Below are positions 10,356 to 19,488 of a stretch of 64,000 bases of DNA, piece by piece. Numbering within the stretch: position 1 is the first letter of the stretch; each line of letters starts with the position of its first letter. A program made the position numbers and the translations under genes. Below the pieces are notes generated by a model, which saw only the letters and a list, made by a program, of their open reading frames with translations, was not told the DNA's origin and did not search any database. The DNA comes from a bacterium (GTDB lineage: Bacteria; Patescibacteriota; Minisyncoccia; Phycocordibacterales; UBA5272), in the NCBI GenBank assembly GCA_023267595.1, contig JAHFNB010000001.1, forward strand, positions 8,837-72,836. Direction: 5' to 3'.

Positions 10356-11009
10356 TTATACTCCGTAGACTTTCTTCAATGTTTCTTGATCACCCTTTAA
10401 TCGTCTTCCTTCTTTAATGTTTTTATATAGTTTATATCCACTGTAAGCCAAGTAACTTGCTCCTGCGACAATAGGCAACACTCCAAATGTACTAGCAGCC
10501 AATATACCAGTACCTGTAACGACTCCTGTACTACCTGTTGCTAGAGTGCTAATAAATCCTGGAACTAATGATGCATTTACTAATATATAACCCATACCGG
10601 CTACAATAACTGGTAATGTAACTGCTTCCATTGCACCAAAGGAAGAAGATGTACTGGTAGATTTTATAATAGTCTCTGCTTCTCCATAATTTTTTCCCTG
10701 AATATTTGGATATTTTTGAAGAAGTTCATTATGTGCAACATCACTTTCATTTGGTGTAATTGGTGATACTACCTCTTTTTTCTCTGGAGTATTCATTGCT
10801 ACTGGCGTAGCAATTTGTTCAGGAGGTTTTGAGAGTGTTTCAGTTAATTTTTCTACACGCATTGTATCTTCTGACTTTGGTAATTCTGGAATTGGTGTCT
10901 CGAACTTTGCATCTAGGTTTTGTAGAAGAATTGCGGGAGATTCTACTTGTGCTGCCTCTTCAACAGATACTGGCTCAAAATCAATACTATTATTTGGTTT
11001 ATTTTCCAT
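10356..11009 (-). CDS. glycine-zipper membrane protein, paralog B of tandem pair
   Basis: N-terminal MENKPNNSIDFEPVSVEEAAQVESPAI identical to paralog A; acidic middle; Gly/Ala/Ser-rich C-terminal TM segments; start set at conserved MENK. Confidence 0.55.
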   Translation of the reverse strand: MENKPNNSIDFEPVSVEEAAQVESPAILLQNLDAKFETPIPELPKSEDTMRVEKLTETLSKPPEQIATPVAMNTPEKKEVVSPITPNESDVAHNELLQKYPNIQGKNYGEAETIIKSTSTSSSFGAMEAVTLPVIVAGMGYILVNASLVPGFISTLATGSTGVVTGTGILAASTFGVLPIVAGASYLAYSGYKLYKNIKEGRRLKGDQETLKKVYGV

Positions 11010-11016
11010 ATTTTTA

Positions 11017-11667
11017 TTAAGCAAAAACTTTTCTCGCACGATTCGTATTAATCATATTTTTTATCTTACGCACACCCTGATATAAAAGATATGCTGCACC
11101 ACCTACTGCAATAACTGGGCCGACTACAGAAGTAGCCCCCAACATAGTCATTTCAATTGTACCACTTGTTAAAAGAGCAGAAACTCCAGATGACAAAACC
11201 CCTTGTCCTGCAGAATTTGCCGCCGCAAGTCCAAGAAGAGACAACATTCCACCACCAATCACTGTAACACCAGATACAGTGGATTTTTCTTTTATATCCA
11301 ACCTTTCAAAATCTAGACCAGATTTTACTGTATTTTCTGGTGTGTCAGATGGACCCATTTTTCTTCCATAATCACCATAACTACTCATAAGTGAATTCAA
11401 AACTTGATTTTCTTTTACTTGACCTTCAACTGTATTTTCTTCACTCTTAATTTCTGGAGATGTAGGTAATTTTTCTTGTAGTATAAGTGAATCTTTTATT
11501 TCTTGAGCACGAATTATATCTTCTGGTTTTTGATCTACAGACTTTGATACTTCGTATTTTGCATCTAAATCTTCCGGAGGAATTGCAGGAGATTCTACTT
11601 TTGCTGCTTCTTCAACAGATACTGGCTCAAAATCAATACTATTATTTGGTTTATTTTCCATATCCAA
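11017..11667 (-). CDS. glycine-zipper membrane protein, paralog A of tandem pair
   Basis: same N-terminal 27 aa as paralog B, ~75 nt near-identical at DNA level; C-terminal GGGMLSLLGLAAANSAGQG...GPVIAVGGAAYLLY. Confidence 0.55.
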   Translation of the reverse strand: MDMENKPNNSIDFEPVSVEEAAKVESPAIPPEDLDAKYEVSKSVDQKPEDIIRAQEIKDSLILQEKLPTSPEIKSEENTVEGQVKENQVLNSLMSSYGDYGRKMGPSDTPENTVKSGLDFERLDIKEKSTVSGVTVIGGGMLSLLGLAAANSAGQGVLSSGVSALLTSGTIEMTMLGATSVVGPVIAVGGAAYLLYQGVRKIKNMINTNRARKVFA

Positions 11668-11732
11668 ATAGTATATACCTGACTCAAAATAAAAACACTA
11701 CCTGTATCAAGGTAGTGTTTTTATGTAAAAAA

Positions 11733-12992
11733 CTAGTATTCTTTCATAGAAAGTTGAGCATCAATCTTCTTTATCAAATCAAGTACTACTGATACAACAA
11801 TTAGCAAACTCGTTCCCCCAACTTGAATTGCTGTTAATCCAGTCACTGCTTGCACAACAACAGGAAGAACAGCAACTATTCCTAAGAAAACTGCACCAAA
11901 AAGTGTCACACGAGCAAGGACATACCCAATATGTTCTGCCGTTGCGGTTCCTGGTCTATATCCTGGGATAAACGCACCATTTTTCTGAAGGTTATCTGCT
12001 GTCTTTTCTGGATCAAACATTACTGCCGTATAAAAATACGTAAATGTTACAACAAGAAGGAAATACACTCCTCCATACACCCAATGATTTGCAAGTAATG
12101 AATTAACTGTAATTGCAACTGAACGAAGCATATCTTGTGAAGATGTTGCAAGTAATTGACCTAGTAATTGTGGAAAAAGTAAAATTGAAATTGCAAAAAT
12201 TATCGGCACCACTCCTGCTTGATTAAGACGAAGTGGAAGATATGTCGAATGTCCTAATGTACTTCCTGACATACGTGTTTGACGTGCATAAGTCACTGGT
12301 ACTGGACGTTCTGCTTCTGTTACATATACAACTCCTGCAATCACAATAAGCGATAATACAAGTAGCCCTACAACCATCGGAATCTGTGATACATCAAATG
12401 TAATGAAAAATTGTCCCAAATGTTGTGGAAGTGCCGCAACAATACCTGCGAAAATAATTAAAGATACTCCATTTCCAATACCTTTTTCATTAATCTGTTC
12501 ACCTAGCCACATCATGAGCATGGTACCTGCAGTAATGATAATGAGGTTAAGTGCCATAACTTCTCCTGTTAAACCAGAAATAACATTCTGACGTGAAAGA
12601 AGGGTAAGGAGTGCAAATCCCTGAAGTACCGCCATAGGAAGAGTAAGTAAACGACCATATTGTACAAAGCGACGACGTCCTTGATCTCCCTCTTCTTGAT
12701 ACATCTCTTTAAGACGAGGTGAAAGTACCGTCGTTAACTGCATAATAATAGATGCAGTAATATATGGTCCAACACCAAGCATCACAATAGAAAATGATGC
12801 GATTCCCCCTCCTGCAAAGATATTAAGTAATCCGAAAAAACTATTGTTCTGTAAAAATTGTGCAAGATTTGATGCATCAATCCCCGGAATTGGGATAACT
12901 GCGAGTATTCGAGTAAGTACCAAAACACCAATAACAAATAAAATACGGGTACGTAGTCCGCGATCAGAAAAAATTGCCGTTAAGGTATTCAT
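11733..12992 (-). CDS. secY: preprotein translocase SecY
   Basis: 10-TM SecY architecture, conserved plug/loop motifs. Confidence 0.95.
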   Translation of the reverse strand: MNTLTAIFSDRGLRTRILFVIGVLVLTRILAVIPIPGIDASNLAQFLQNNSFFGLLNIFAGGGIASFSIVMLGVGPYITASIIMQLTTVLSPRLKEMYQEEGDQGRRRFVQYGRLLTLPMAVLQGFALLTLLSRQNVISGLTGEVMALNLIIITAGTMLMMWLGEQINEKGIGNGVSLIIFAGIVAALPQHLGQFFITFDVSQIPMVVGLLVLSLIVIAGVVYVTEAERPVPVTYARQTRMSGSTLGHSTYLPLRLNQAGVVPIIFAISILLFPQLLGQLLATSSQDMLRSVAITVNSLLANHWVYGGVYFLLVVTFTYFYTAVMFDPEKTADNLQKNGAFIPGYRPGTATAEHIGYVLARVTLFGAVFLGIVAVLPVVVQAVTGLTAIQVGGTSLLIVVSVVLDLIKKIDAQLSMKEY

Positions 12993-12994
12993 GA

Positions 12995-13507
12995 TTATTT
13001 CTTTTTCTTAGCAGACACTTTCTTTTCTTTTTTTGGTTTCACAGGAAGTGCCGGCTTCTCTGAAATTGTAACAGTTCCTCCTGCTTTTTCAATTTTTTCT
13101 TTTGCTTCTTTTGAAACAGTACATCCTGAGATAGTAAGAGCAATAGCAATCTCCCCTGTCCCTAATATTTTTACCTTTGGATGTTTACCAAAAATTTGTG
13201 CAATAAGACCTTTTGCAACAAGAGCCGTAGGTGTAACAACATCTCCTGCAGAAAATACTGAAAGAGCACGAACATTTACCACTGCTTCTGGGCCACGATA
13301 AAATACAGACTTCGCGCGATTCTTTCCATGACCTCGTAACTTTGGAAGTTTCTTGATGATATCACGCATTGCTGGACGAACTCGGTGACCAGCACGTGCA
13401 GTTTGACCCTTGCCACCTTTTCCAGATGTCTTGCCACGTGTACCTCCACGTCCTACGAGTTTTGATTTTTTAAGTGCGTGTGCACGTTTGATTTCGTGTA
13501 TTTGCAT
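12995..13507 (-). CDS. rplO: 50S ribosomal protein L15
   Basis: RGGTRGKTSGKGGKGQTARAG motif; Lys-rich C-terminal tail. Confidence 0.9.
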   Translation of the reverse strand: MQIHEIKRAHALKKSKLVGRGGTRGKTSGKGGKGQTARAGHRVRPAMRDIIKKLPKLRGHGKNRAKSVFYRGPEAVVNVRALSVFSAGDVVTPTALVAKGLIAQIFGKHPKVKILGTGEIAIALTISGCTVSKEAKEKIEKAGGTVTISEKPALPVKPKKEKKVSAKKKK

Positions 13508-13513
13508 AATAGT

Positions 13514-14176
13514 TTACTTAGTTATTTCCACTACTTCAGTAGGAATCTTTGTCACTTGTACTGGAGATTCACCATGTGCATACGCAATTTGTTCCAATGC
13601 TTTCATAGTTGCGCGGGCATTGTTTAATTTATTCTTTGTTCCAGAATAAAACTTTGCAGTTACATCAGATAATCCAGCAAGCGATAAAATAGTACGAGCA
13701 GATGATCCAGCAATGAGTCCGCGTCCACGATTTGGCATAATCATCACTGATGACGAATTATACTTTGCTTCAATATCATGTGGAAGAGATTTACTTTTTG
13801 TCATTCTAAGATGTATCATGTTTCTCTTTGCAGATTTGAGTGCCTTTTCAATAGCAACTTGTGTATCAAGTGCTTTCCCTGTTCCAAGACCAATACGTCC
13901 ATTTCTGTCTCCTGCAACGAGTGCAACAGAAAGTGTAAAACGACGTCCTCCTGAAACTACACGAGTCACACGACGAATACTAATAGTTTTACTATCAAAC
14001 TCTGGCTTCTCTCGTGGAGCACGAGGTCTACCTCCTGATCGTCCACCTTGTTTTCCTTTACTAGACTGTCCTCCGCGAGCACCACGAACAACCCGTTCAG
14101 GTTTATCTTGTGCAACTGCGACATTTCCTGTTTCTACTACGGTACCTTCTTCAATTGTTTTAATTTCTTCTGTCAT
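13514..14176 (-). CDS. rpsE: 30S ribosomal protein S5 (with ~60-aa N-terminal extension)
   Basis: RVTRVVSGGRRFTLSVALVAGDRNGRIGLGTGKA; directly abuts rplO, so no rpmD (L30) between. Confidence 0.9.
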   Translation of the reverse strand: MTEEIKTIEEGTVVETGNVAVAQDKPERVVRGARGGQSSKGKQGGRSGGRPRAPREKPEFDSKTISIRRVTRVVSGGRRFTLSVALVAGDRNGRIGLGTGKALDTQVAIEKALKSAKRNMIHLRMTKSKSLPHDIEAKYNSSSVMIMPNRGRGLIAGSSARTILSLAGLSDVTAKFYSGTKNKLNNARATMKALEQIAYAHGESPVQVTKIPTEVVEITK

Positions 14177-14181
14177 ACTAT

Positions 14182-14532
14182 TTAGAATGTTAAACCTGCT
14201 TCACGTGCGGCATCTGCTAATGCTTGTACTCGACCACGATATGAGAACCCTCCACGATCAAATACAACTGACTTTATCTTCTTTGCGAGTGCAAGTTCTG
14301 CAATCTTTTTCCCAACAGTCTTAGCGCGTTCTACTTTTGTCATTGTATCATTAAGTGAGATATCTGACGCAGATACAAGTGTTATACCTTTAACATCATC
14401 AATAAGTTGTGCGTACATATAACGATTAGAACGAAACACACAAAGACGTGGGCGAGATTCAGTTCCTGATACTCGTGTACGGATCTTTTTATGAAGTCGA
14501 ATTCTTTTTTCTGTTTTTATATTTGTTTTCAT
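14182..14532 (-). CDS. rplR: 50S ribosomal protein L18
   Basis: [18 protein letters not shown] motif. Confidence 0.9.
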   Translation of the reverse strand: MKTNIKTEKRIRLHKKIRTRVSGTESRPRLCVFRSNRYMYAQLIDDVKGITLVSASDISLNDTMTKVERAKTVGKKIAELALAKKIKSVVFDRGGFSYRGRVQALADAAREAGLTF

Positions 14533-14548
14533 ATAGTTATATTACAGA

Positions 14549-15082
14549 TTAAGCAGACTTCTTACCTTGCTTACGACGAATAACTTCATTACTGTAACGA
14601 ATACCCTTACCTTTGTATGGTTCTGGTTTCTTCATTTGGCGAACTCTGTTTGCAAAGAGTCCAACCATTTCTTTATCAATACCTGTAATAGTAAGAGAAC
14701 CTTTTTCTGCAACTACTGTTAACCCTTGTGGAATCTTCATAGTAACTGGATGTGAAAACCCAAGTGAAAGGTGAAGTGTGTCCCCTTTTACTTCCCATTT
14801 AAATCCAACTCCTTCTACAAGTAATTTCTTTTCAAATGGAGTAACTACACCTGCAATCATGTTTTGTACATGAGACATGTATGTTCCCCAAAGTGCACGA
14901 GAAAACTTATCATTCCGACGAGGAGTCGATGAAATAATACCGTTTTCATTTTTGAAATCGATTTCTTCACGAATCTCGCGAGATAATTCTCCCTTTGGCC
15001 CTTTGACACGTACCGCATGGGCATCAAGAGTTACCTCGACACCTGTTGGAATATGTAATTGTTGTTTTCCGATTCTGCTCAT
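14549..15082 (-). CDS. rplF: 50S ribosomal protein L6
   Basis: two L6 repeats, operon position. Confidence 0.9.
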   Translation of the reverse strand: MSRIGKQQLHIPTGVEVTLDAHAVRVKGPKGELSREIREEIDFKNENGIISSTPRRNDKFSRALWGTYMSHVQNMIAGVVTPFEKKLLVEGVGFKWEVKGDTLHLSLGFSHPVTMKIPQGLTVVAEKGSLTITGIDKEMVGLFANRVRQMKKPEPYKGKGIRYSNEVIRRKQGKKSA

Positions 15083-15092
15083 ACGTTTATGA

Positions 15093-15476
15093 TTACCAAA
15101 TTGTGAATAAAAGTTCGCCGCCGACCATTTCTTTGCGGGCTTGTTTATCTGTCATGATGCCTTTTGGTGTTGAAAGCACGAGGATTCCATGACCATACTT
15201 CACAGGAGAAATATCTTTTACACCTGTATACATACGCTTTGATGGTTTTGAAACACGCTTCACATCGTGAACACGTGGTGCTCCACCTTTATATTCAAGC
15301 ACAACTTCTACAGTTGGCTTTGTACCATCCTGCACATGATATGTCTTGATGTACCCTTCTTGTTTAAGGAGTTCAAGTATTGCCACCTTCATTTTTGATG
15401 AAGGAATAGTAATACTGGTCTTTTTTACAAGACCCGCATTTTTAATTGCGATGAGCATGTTTGCTAGTGTGTCCAT
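15093..15476 (-). CDS. rpsH: 30S ribosomal protein S8
   Basis: MDTLANMLIAIKNA..., operon position. Confidence 0.9.
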   Translation of the reverse strand: MDTLANMLIAIKNAGLVKKTSITIPSSKMKVAILELLKQEGYIKTYHVQDGTKPTVEVVLEYKGGAPRVHDVKRVSKPSKRMYTGVKDISPVKYGHGILVLSTPKGIMTDKQARKEMVGGELLFTIW

Positions 15477-15483
15477 ATATGTT

Positions 15484-15669
15484 TTACCAAGATGCCTTTT
15501 TAATACCTGGGATCATTCCCTCGTTTGCAAGTTCACGGAAACATGTTCGACATAGACCGAAATCACGCATGAATCCTCGCTTACGACCACACTTAAAACA
15601 ACGATTTACAATTCTTGAAGAAAACTTTGGTGTTTTCTTACTACGTGCAATAGTTGATGTTTTTGCCAT
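15484..15669 (-). CDS. rpsN: 30S ribosomal protein S14 type Z (zinc-binding)
   Basis: 61 aa, [25 protein letters not shown]. Confidence 0.9.
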   Translation of the reverse strand: MAKTSTIARSKKTPKFSSRIVNRCFKCGRKRGFMRDFGLCRTCFRELANEGMIPGIKKASW

Positions 15670-15813
15670 TGTTGTTATTAATTACACTATCTGAATATCA
15701 CGTGATTATGTACGTAAATCTTGGGTTTTTACCAAAACTTGCGGAGATACACGGATTACAGACAGTCACCGGATTCTAGCATAAAATCCCCTCCTTAGCA
15801 AGAATAAAAGAAA

Positions 15814-15836
15814 TCCGCGCCATAGGCGCGGAGAAA
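15814..15836 (-). terminator. GC-rich hairpin followed by T-run, terminator of the 156-aa gene
   Basis: tccgcgcc-atag-gcgcgga; on minus strand followed by atttctttt. Confidence 0.5.
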
Positions 15837-15849
15837 CCGAGTTTTACTT

Positions 15850-16320
15850 TTATCCGATACGTAACACACTACTTAGTCCTCGTAACTTCTTTTTTCTCTG
15901 TTCTATGAGTTTTGCTTTTTCATCACTAGAGAGAGCGACTCTTAATGTGTCTTCGAAATCTCTCTGCTCTCTTTCTGCCATCTTTTGACTTGTAATAGCA
16001 GCAAAGAATCCCCACGCAGAGCGTGCTTGACCTTGCTTATGCAGTGCACATAATCGAAATTCTTTTTGCCTCATGATTTCAGGATCTTGTGCATCAAGAG
16101 CATCTGCTATAACAATTAAAGAGTTAGGAAATGGAGGTCGTGTATCTTGATCATCATCTCGATATATCTCGATCGCCTCAGAAATATCTTTCTTCCTATA
16201 TTCAAAACCAGGACAATTTTGGAGAGAAAAATGATATCCTCGTATGTGCTCTACTTCATCTCTTTTTTTATGACCAGCCTCTTGATAGCCACAATTTCTA
16301 CAAATAAATCCGTAAGCCAT
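15850..16320 (-). CDS. hypothetical Cys/His-containing protein (possible zinc-ribbon N-terminus) inserted in spc operon
   Basis: 156 aa; N-terminal CRNCG...H...H...C; acidic/helical remainder; no family recognised. Confidence 0.4.
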   Translation of the reverse strand: MAYGFICRNCGYQEAGHKKRDEVEHIRGYHFSLQNCPGFEYRKKDISEAIEIYRDDDQDTRPPFPNSLIVIADALDAQDPEIMRQKEFRLCALHKQGQARSAWGFFAAITSQKMAEREQRDFEDTLRVALSSDEKAKLIEQRKKKLRGLSSVLRIG

Positions 16321-16383
16321 GATTCACCTCAAAGAACAAAAGTTACTTCCTACACTACTACACCGTAAAAGTGTGTCAACATA

Positions 16384-16905
16384 ATGAATTACATTATAAA
16401 AAAGTATATACTACAGTACATGCAAATTATTTTTTACGTATTGGAAGTTATTGGACTATGGAAAATGTTTGAAAAAGCACACGTTGCAGGATGGAAAGCA
16501 CTTATTCCTGTATATAGCACATACCACAAAGTTAAAATTGCTAATCGTTCTCTTTCTTTCTTTTGGTTTATGATTTCTCCTTTTATTGGTGTATTTATTA
16601 CAGTGATATTATGGGGAATTATTGGTCTTTTTTCTTCAATACTAGGAGATACTTCCCCTCTCATTACTCTCTTCTCTGATCTAGTAAGTAGAACTGTCCC
16701 ATTTTTTGTTGGTCTCTTTGTTATCTTAGTTCTTATCGTTACACTACCACTTGGTATTATTTTGCAATATGATATTGCAAAATCATTTGGTAAAGGTGCT
16801 TGGATGACTGTAGGATTAGTCCTTGTTCCTTTTATCTGTAACTTAGTCTTAGGATACGGAAAAGCAGAATATAAAAAAATACATAGAACAAAAGAAGAAC
16901 AGTAA
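16384..16905 (+). CDS. DUF5684-like small polytopic membrane protein
   Basis: 173 aa; motif LWKMFEKAHVAGWKALIPVYSTYHKVKIA plus 3-4 TM helices; opposite strand to flanking ribosomal genes. Confidence 0.45.
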   Translation: MNYIIKKYILQYMQIIFYVLEVIGLWKMFEKAHVAGWKALIPVYSTYHKVKIANRSLSFFWFMISPFIGVFITVILWGIIGLFSSILGDTSPLITLFSDLVSRTVPFFVGLFVILVLIVTLPLGIILQYDIAKSFGKGAWMTVGLVLVPFICNLVLGYGKAEYKKIHRTKEEQ

Positions 16906-16938
16906 ATAAAAAACCAGTCCATAGGACTGGTTTTTTAT

Positions 16939-18303
16939 TTACCAAGCAATCGGCATTGCATTTCCTGTAACTGTTGTCTGTGCAGTTCCTACTACTTGTC
17001 CAGATGGATTTGTAATATTTGCAATAAATACAACATCTTGTTTATAGTACGTACTATTTGTAATCATTGCAGGAATCTCCTGTTGAGCACTATTAAGCGT
17101 AAATGGCATTGCAAACTCCTGACCACATGGAATACCTGCTACGGTTACTTGTACATTAGCAATAGGACATACTGCGTGAATACGTAATGAGTATTGACCA
17201 TAAATACTTGCATCATAGTAATTACTTGCAGGAATGTTGATGTAAAGTCTGAATAATTCACCAGAGTTTACTGGGTTCTTATTTGCAGAGATAACTACAT
17301 TACCATAGAAAGAATATGGACGTTTGATAAAGATTGGAGAAACGGCTGCGCGGAATGTAGAGGTAACACCTGCAATATCCGTAAGAGGAGTTGTGATAAC
17401 AATACGATATGAACCTTGAGCATAATTTTGTGCACATGATCCAGTACAAAGATAATCTAGAATATCTTTTGTAAGAGTAAACGTAGCAGAATTACCACTT
17501 GTTGTCATAATGTACTTACTTTGTCCAGAACTATTTTCAAGGAGAATCTGATACTGACTCGCATTAATATTATTTGTAGTCCATGTAACATTTACCGTAT
17601 CTCCTTCATTGTAATGACTGTCAGTTCCTGGTGAAGAAATAGAGAGTGTCCCTGGTTGTGGAATAAGACCATAGGTATATCCAATGTTTGGACTGTAGAC
17701 AATATTTGTACCATATACAAACGATGTATTTGTTGTTGCAGGTGTAATTACATTTGTCGTAATTGGATTGTATGAATTATATGCGGTATAGTTTGAACCT
17801 GTTGTTCCGTACGTATACGTTGGATTATTTGAGTTAGTGATGATAGTCGATGTGATATTTTTTACATATGGATCATATGTATCTACAACTGTTGTACCTG
17901 CTGAATATCCATAATCATAATTTGAATATGATGTATTGTATGTATTTGAATTGTAGGTATTTCCATTACAAAGTTGTGCATTGATTAGATCACGTGTTGA
18001 TTGTCCTACTGTACCTGTTGTAAGAAGACCACTATTTGATTGAAAAGACACAACTGCAGAATACGTAGCCGGACCAAAGTAACCATTTGGTGTTGCATAG
18101 AGATAACCACGTCCTGCTAGAAAGTTTTGAAGTGTGTATACATCTTCATTTTCAGAACCAGACTGAAGTGTACGAGTGATAGATGTACCACATCCATAAT
18201 TATTATAATCGGTAAAAATACCTGCAAAGGTAAATGTTGGAGTACTGAGGAAAAATCCCACAAATCCAAGGAGAAAAATACTGTTTTTGATTCCTGTTTT
18301 CAT
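16939..18303 (-). CDS. secreted protein: signal peptide + peptidoglycan-binding (PG_binding_1-like) domain + N/T/Y/S-rich low-complexity linker + Cys-containing C-terminal domain
   Basis: N-terminal MKTGIKNSIFLLGFVGFFLSTPTFTFA; DVYTLQNFLAGRGYL...GPATYSAVVSFQ matches PG-binding helix pattern; ~120-aa N/Y/T/S-rich repeat-like region. Confidence 0.6.
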   Translation of the reverse strand: MKTGIKNSIFLLGFVGFFLSTPTFTFAGIFTDYNNYGCGTSITRTLQSGSENEDVYTLQNFLAGRGYLYATPNGYFGPATYSAVVSFQSNSGLLTTGTVGQSTRDLINAQLCNGNTYNSNTYNTSYSNYDYGYSAGTTVVDTYDPYVKNITSTIITNSNNPTYTYGTTGSNYTAYNSYNPITTNVITPATTNTSFVYGTNIVYSPNIGYTYGLIPQPGTLSISSPGTDSHYNEGDTVNVTWTTNNINASQYQILLENSSGQSKYIMTTSGNSATFTLTKDILDYLCTGSCAQNYAQGSYRIVITTPLTDIAGVTSTFRAAVSPIFIKRPYSFYGNVVISANKNPVNSGELFRLYINIPASNYYDASIYGQYSLRIHAVCPIANVQVTVAGIPCGQEFAMPFTLNSAQQEIPAMITNSTYYKQDVVFIANITNPSGQVVGTAQTTVTGNAMPIAW

Positions 18304-18372
18304 GGCCTAACCCTACACTATATTTACTTTATTGTCAAGATTCCTCAAAAAGATGTCGGGAGAAAACAAAAA

Positions 18373-18390
18373 TTCCCCTTAAAGGGGAAC
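18373..18390. terminator. bidirectional hairpin terminator immediately downstream of rplE
   Basis: ttcccc-ttaaa-ggggaa flanked by T-runs on both strands. Confidence 0.5.
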
Positions 18391-18412
18391 TTTTGTTTCT
18401 TTTTTAACTGTT

Positions 18413-18973
18413 TTACGCCTTCTTAAACGGAATACCAATAAGTTCAAAAAATGCTGTCGCCTCCTCTTTTGTCTTTGCAGTTGTTCCAAGAGTAATTGCC
18501 ATTCCAAATATATCCTTTAATTCTTCATCTTTAATTTCTGGGAAAATAGTATGTTCTTTGATACCAAATGTCATATTTCCAATATTATCCACTGATGTCT
18601 TATTGAGTCCACGAAAGTCCTTAGTACGAGGAAGAGATACGTTTAATACCTTGTCTAAGAATCCAAACATACGTGCACCACGAAGTGTTACTGCAACACC
18701 GATTGGATCTCCGATACGTGTCTTAAATGAAGCAACGGCTTGCTTTGCTTTGCGAAGTGTTGGACGTTGTCCTGTAATCTTTGTAAGGCGATCAATTACG
18801 AGATCATTTCGCTTACGATCTTTCTTCATTGCAGTTCCTGTTGCGACAGAAACACTTACCTTTACTAAGTGAGGTGATGCAAGTTTATTTTTATATCCGA
18901 ATTGCTTTGCTAATGTTGCATACGCAAGTTCCTGCTTTTCTTTTACTCCTATAAATTCACTTTTCTTTGCCAT
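18413..18973 (-). CDS. rplE: 50S ribosomal protein L5
   Basis: ITGQRPTLRKAKQAVASFKTRIGDPIGVAVTLRG... Confidence 0.9.
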   Translation of the reverse strand: MAKKSEFIGVKEKQELAYATLAKQFGYKNKLASPHLVKVSVSVATGTAMKKDRKRNDLVIDRLTKITGQRPTLRKAKQAVASFKTRIGDPIGVAVTLRGARMFGFLDKVLNVSLPRTKDFRGLNKTSVDNIGNMTFGIKEHTIFPEIKDEELKDIFGMAITLGTTAKTKEEATAFFELIGIPFKKA

Positions 18974-19105
18974 ATATTTTTTGTGTAAGCACGATTGGTC
19001 TCTTTCGAGAACGTCGTACGCGCTTATCTTGCGGATAGATTCTATCTCGCGTTATTAATTGGTAGACCTATACTCTACTATAAAATTAATACTTTGTAAA
19101 ATAAA

Positions 19106-19130
19106 GGGCGATGCTTGTAGCATCGCCCTT
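19106..19130. terminator. palindromic hairpin (agggcgatgcttgtagcatcgccct) between rplX and rplE
   Basis: perfect 10-bp stem; near-identical core to hairpin at 57394..57422. Confidence 0.4.
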
Positions 19131-19145
19131 TATAAAAAGTAAGAA

Positions 19146-19248
19146 ATTATTCCAGATAGGCGAAGCCTGGAGATTTTTGGAAGAAGACGTACACACTAGT
19201 ACGGCGACTGAGAAAAATCTCGTAGCGACAAAATAGATGAGATGATTT
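19146..19248. repeat. ~103-bp intergenic repeat element, copy 2
   Basis: ~93% identical to 6057..6160, same orientation; lies between rplX stop and rplE start. Confidence 0.6.
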
Positions 19249-19483
19249 ATGACTTTTTAACTTTCTTTTCGGCAAGTTTCACATTTGATGCGTCCATTGG
19301 CATTGCTACATCTATAATTCCACCTTTCTCCCCTGCTTTCTTTGGGCGAGTATGCTTCTTCATAAGGTTAAGTCCTTCAAGGACTACTTTATTTTCTGCG
19401 CGTAAAACACGAGCAACAGTCCCTGACTTTCCTTTTTCTTTACCTGCAATCACTATTACTTTATCTCCTTTTTTTACTTGCAT
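19247..19483 (-). CDS. rplX: 50S ribosomal protein L24
   Basis: KOW motif MQVKKGDKVIVIAGKEKGKSGTV. Confidence 0.9.
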   Translation of the reverse strand: MQVKKGDKVIVIAGKEKGKSGTVARVLRAENKVVLEGLNLMKKHTRPKKAGEKGGIIDVAMPMDASNVKLAEKKVKKS

Positions 19484-19488
19484 ATATA

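Noticed and set aside
13713-14324. 203-aa plus-strand ORF
   Set aside because: It is antisense to rpsE/rplR and Pro/Arg-rich. It is a shadow frame.
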